From Caldisericia bacterium (GTDB lineage Bacteria; Caldisericota; Caldisericia; JAAYUI01), in contig OY771555.1 in NCBI GenBank assembly GCA_963674785.1, forward strand, positions 1,024,001 to 1,088,000: a stretch of 64,000 nucleotides of DNA, written 5' to 3'. Positions 60,819 to 64,000 of the stretch are shown one piece after another. Positions within the stretch are counted from its first letter, which is position 1; every line of letters begins with the position of its first letter. The translations under genes and the position numbers were made by a program. Below the pieces are notes generated by a model, which saw only the letters and a program-made list of their open reading frames with translations, was not told where the DNA came from and did not search any database.

Positions 60819-60856
60819 GGTATTGTATTTATACTATATAGTATAAATACGATACC
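60819..60856. promoter_or_regulatory. 38-bp palindrome, putative operator
   Basis: GGTATT-GTATTTATACTATATAGTATAAATAC-GATACC; the 26-bp core is perfect. Confidence 0.65.
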
Positions 60857-60902
60857 AGTTGTCAAGCTTGAATGAAATATTTTATCAGATAGAATAATTT
60901 GA

Positions 60903-61442
60903 GTGATAAAGATGGATTCAAAGAAAAGAAATATTGTAAAGATAATAGCAGCGGTTATTGTATTTCTGCTCCTGTTTATTTGGGCACTCTTATATTCTCC
61001 CTCACATTGGAGTTCATCGGAATTCTATTTTGATGGAGATGCTGAAGATGCCATTTTTTCACTCATAAGAAATGCTGATCATCAAATCCTTATTCAGATG
61101 TTTTCTTTCACTCATAAGGGTGTAATAAATGAGCTTGAAAAGGCGAAGAGCAGAGGAGTTGATGTTCGTGTTATTGCAGAAGACAAGGAAGAAAACGAAG
61201 AACTTTTGCATACGAATTTTGATGTTAGATGGGATGATTCTTCAAGACTATTTCATCGTAAACTTGCAATATTTGATGCAAAATGGATATGGATTGGCTC
61301 AACAAATTGGACATACTCAGGCTTAAGACATAATGCCGAGGTTGACATGCTTCTCTCCTCAACTGATCATGCTCTTGATCTTGTAAGCCAGTTTGAGAAA
61401 GAATGGCGTAATTCTGTTGAAAGGAATTGGTTTGATGAGTAA
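60903..61442 (+). CDS. Single-HKD phospholipase D/Nuc-family protein
   Basis: N-terminal TM; MFSFT; HRKLAIFD; GSTNWT...N.E. Confidence 0.85.
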   Translation: MIKMDSKKRNIVKIIAAVIVFLLLFIWALLYSPSHWSSSEFYFDGDAEDAIFSLIRNADHQILIQMFSFTHKGVINELEKAKSRGVDVRVIAEDKEENEELLHTNFDVRWDDSSRLFHRKLAIFDAKWIWIGSTNWTYSGLRHNAEVDMLLSSTDHALDLVSQFEKEWRNSVERNWFDE

Positions 61443-62763
61443 AAAATACCTTGTAATCGGAAGCGGAGGAAGAGAACATGCGATTGCCTGGGCATTGAGC
61501 CGTGATTCTGAATCATACGTGCTTCCTGGAAACCCTGGAATGGTTCAAGATGCTCAAATAATTTCTGGAAATCCAAATGATTTTGAGTTTGTCGCAAAAA
61601 AGGCAAAAGAACTTGAGGTTGATGCCGTGGTCATAGGACCAGAAGCCCCACTTTGCGTAGGAATAACAGATGTTCTTGAGGAACATGGTTTAAAGGTTTT
61701 CGGGCCAAAAAAATCTGCAGCCAAACTTGAGGGCTCAAAGGTTTTTGCGAAAGAATTTATGAAAAAACATGGAGTGCCAACTGCAAACTCAGAGGTTTTT
61801 TCAAATGAAGAAGATGCTGTTGCATTCATAAAAAAACTCAGTTTTCCTGTTGTAATAAAGGTTGATGGTTTGGCAGCTGGGAAAGGCGTGCAGATTGTTT
61901 ATAACATGTTTGATGCCGAATCGGTTCTTCATGGGATTTTTTCAGATGGAAAATTTGGGGCATCCGGGGAGCAGGTTGTGGTTGAAGAGTTTCTTGTAGG
62001 AAAAGAGTTATCGATCCTTGGTGTCACAGATGGAAATGTAATAAAACCACTTCCTCATTCAAGAGACCATAAACAACTATTAGATGGAAATAGGGGACCT
62101 ATGACTGGCGGAATGGGTGCATTCTGTCCGGTACCTGGAATTAGTAGTGAGTTATTTGAGACAATTAGAACCACAATCCTTGAGAAAACTCTAGAGGGAC
62201 TCAAGAAAGATGGTATTCCGTATAAAGGTGTAATCTTCTTTGGGCTGATGCTTACAGATGATGGTCCAAAGGTGCTTGAATATAATTGTAGATTTGGTGA
62301 CCCAGAAACACAGGTGGTTTTGATGCAGATAGAAACCCCACTATCTGAAATTGTTGATGCAGTTGTTGATGGGAAGCTGGCTGATCTTGAAATAAATGTA
62401 AAAAAAGGTTTTTCTGCAGCAGTTGTTCTGGCATCGGAAGGTTATCCCGGAAGTGCCAAAAAGGGATTTGAAATTACTGGTGTAACAAATGCAAGAAATG
62501 AGCAGCATAGTAAAGTATTCTTTGCTGGTGTCTCAGAAACTGATGGCAAACTTGTAAATTCTGGCGGAAGAGTGCTTGCATGTGCCGGTAGTGGAACTAC
62601 ACTCAAACAAGCGTTGGGTAGAGCCTACAGGCTCACATCAATAATAAGCTTTAAAGGAAATCAAATGAGAGGTGATATAGGAGGTCGCTATGCCAGAAGA
62701 CGTAAAAGTATCTTTAATTTTAGGCTCAAAATCGGATCTAGAAGCTGCAAAAAAGGCAACTGA
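61435..62763 (+). CDS. purD: Phosphoribosylamine-glycine ligase
   Basis: GSGGREHA, GPEAPL, LEGSK.FAK, GLAAGKGV, EYNCRFGDPE. Confidence 0.97.
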   Translation: MSKKYLVIGSGGREHAIAWALSRDSESYVLPGNPGMVQDAQIISGNPNDFEFVAKKAKELEVDAVVIGPEAPLCVGITDVLEEHGLKVFGPKKSAAKLEGSKVFAKEFMKKHGVPTANSEVFSNEEDAVAFIKKLSFPVVIKVDGLAAGKGVQIVYNMFDAESVLHGIFSDGKFGASGEQVVVEEFLVGKELSILGVTDGNVIKPLPHSRDHKQLLDGNRGPMTGGMGAFCPVPGISSELFETIRTTILEKTLEGLKKDGIPYKGVIFFGLMLTDDGPKVLEYNCRFGDPETQVVLMQIETPLSEIVDAVVDGKLADLEINVKKGFSAAVVLASEGYPGSAKKGFEITGVTNARNEQHSKVFFAGVSETDGKLVNSGGRVLACAGSGTTLKQALGRAYRLTSIISFKGNQMRGDIGGRYARRRKSIFNFRLKIGSRSCKKGN

Positions 62764-63184
62764 GGTTTTTGACACACTTGGAATAAGTTATGAAGTAAAG
62801 GTTTCATCCGCACACAGGACACCTGAGCGAACAGCAGAGATTGCAAAGGGACTAGAGGGTCGTGGAATACAGGCAGTCATCTGTTTAGCTGGATATGCTG
62901 CACACCTTCCAGGTGTAGTTTCAGCATATACAAATATCCCTGTGATTGCTGTTCCACTTGCAGGATCACCACTTGGTGGGCTTGATGCACTTTATGCTCA
63001 GATGATGCCTGGCGGAGTCCCTGTCGCGACTATGACAGTTGGTCCAGCCGGTGCAAAAAACTCAGCAATCTTCACTGCAAGAATGCTTGCCCTTCATGAT
63101 GAAAAAGTGAAAAAATCTCTTGAAGATTATGTCGAGAATATGCGCGCAAAATCTCTTGAGGGTGCGGATAATTTAGGGATATAA
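62690..63184 (+). CDS. purE: N5-CAIR mutase
   Basis: GSKSD, SAHRTPE, AG.AAHLPG, MPGGVPVAT. Confidence 0.96.
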   Translation: MPEDVKVSLILGSKSDLEAAKKATEVFDTLGISYEVKVSSAHRTPERTAEIAKGLEGRGIQAVICLAGYAAHLPGVVSAYTNIPVIAVPLAGSPLGGLDALYAQMMPGGVPVATMTVGPAGAKNSAIFTARMLALHDEKVKKSLEDYVENMRAKSLEGADNLGI

Positions 63185-63242
63185 GAGGAAATAAAATACA
63201 CATGTGGGATTTGAAAACCTCTCACATGTGTATTACAGATAT

Positions 63243-64000
63243 ATGAAAGATAATTTTCAAAATGGGAGAAAAAATGTTTTATTTGGAATAATCTTCCTCT
63301 GTTCTTTGGTGCTAATTTCCGGAGTTTTTCTTTCCTGCAAAGTAGACATCCAACCAAAAGAACCCCTTCTAGGTAAAGGTCTTTTCATCTGGCAGCTTTG
63401 GAATTTGCCTGTGAGCACCAACTTTGATACTGCAGTTGAACTGACTTGGGAAAATGATAAAGGTGAAGATGAGGCACATGTTGTTTTGTGTTTTGATTCA
63501 CTCAAGAGGAAGTTGATGCAATCGGGTGTGTCATGGATTGCCGTTAAAATGGGTGACAGCAATTCATTTTGGCTTCGCGATAATGCTTTGATTCCAAGGT
63601 GGCTTGAAAAAAATAATCTTACGTTTGATGATTTTTTGGATGAATTGCATGAGATTGATGTGAAGGTTTTTGGATGGAGTTTCGTTTATGGTGGCTCAAA
63701 GTGGAACTCTGAGCCTAATGAGGTAAAGGTTTGGTTGCAAAAAAGATCATTAATTCCGGTGTTGATGGTTTTATCGTGAATGCTGAAATCCATCTTGAAT
63801 TGATTGGCAACCCTGTTGCTTACACAAGAAATTATTTTACAAGCTTGAAGAATTATTCTCCTGATACCTTCCTGGGGTATACAACATTTGCCCAGACCAT
63901 AAAACATTTGAGATTTCCGTATTCAGAGTTTGCAAAGTATTGCGATGTTTTTATGCCTCAAAACTATTGGGTTGATAGGAATTCAAATTGTGATGAATTT
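63243..64000 (+). pseudogene. Lipoprotein with glycoside-hydrolase-like TIM barrel; frameshifted near 63722-63745 and runs off the window
   Basis: Frame 1: KGLFIW..WIAVK..VFGWSFVYG. The -1 frame continues VAKKIINSGVDGFIVNAE...FPYSEFAKYCDVFMPQNYW. Confidence 0.65.

Overview
A gene-dense, AT-rich bacterial chromosomal window. It is probably from an anaerobe with an envelope rich in lipoproteins, PQQ-like/NHL beta-propellers and copper-amine-oxidase-N ('stalk') domains. This repertoire suggests Caldisericota-like bacteria, which is inference only. Housekeeping blocks: hrcA-rsmE-mtaB-HIT-rpsU-(7TM-HD)-ybeY-dgkA-CNNM-tpiA with no dnaK genes, a TPP riboswitch with thiT-yigZ-MTase-YkoF-like and ruvA, dnaN-recF-dciA with no dnaA or gyrB, rsgA, and purD-purE. 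Accessory material includes two small defence-like patches (1-2139 and 7239-9411), a TlpA/MacB-type ABC operon, and REP-like repeats. Best leads: (1) a two-uORF leader with mutually exclusive RNA stems upstream of rsgA and a methyltransferase; (2) an in-frame UGA followed by a SECIS-like hairpin in a beta-propeller gene; (3) a CsoR-type-operator operon encoding Cys-rich exported proteins and surface-domain c-type cytochromes; (4) an S41 peptidase-EVE fusion that hinges on an A7 tract; (5) a 38-bp palindrome between an HTH gene and the PLD-purDE operon; (6) repeated leaderless promoters. I saw no rRNA, tRNA, CRISPR array or transposase. All protein calls come from motif recognition by eye, with no database search. 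Several start codons were re-assigned from RBS or promoter context.
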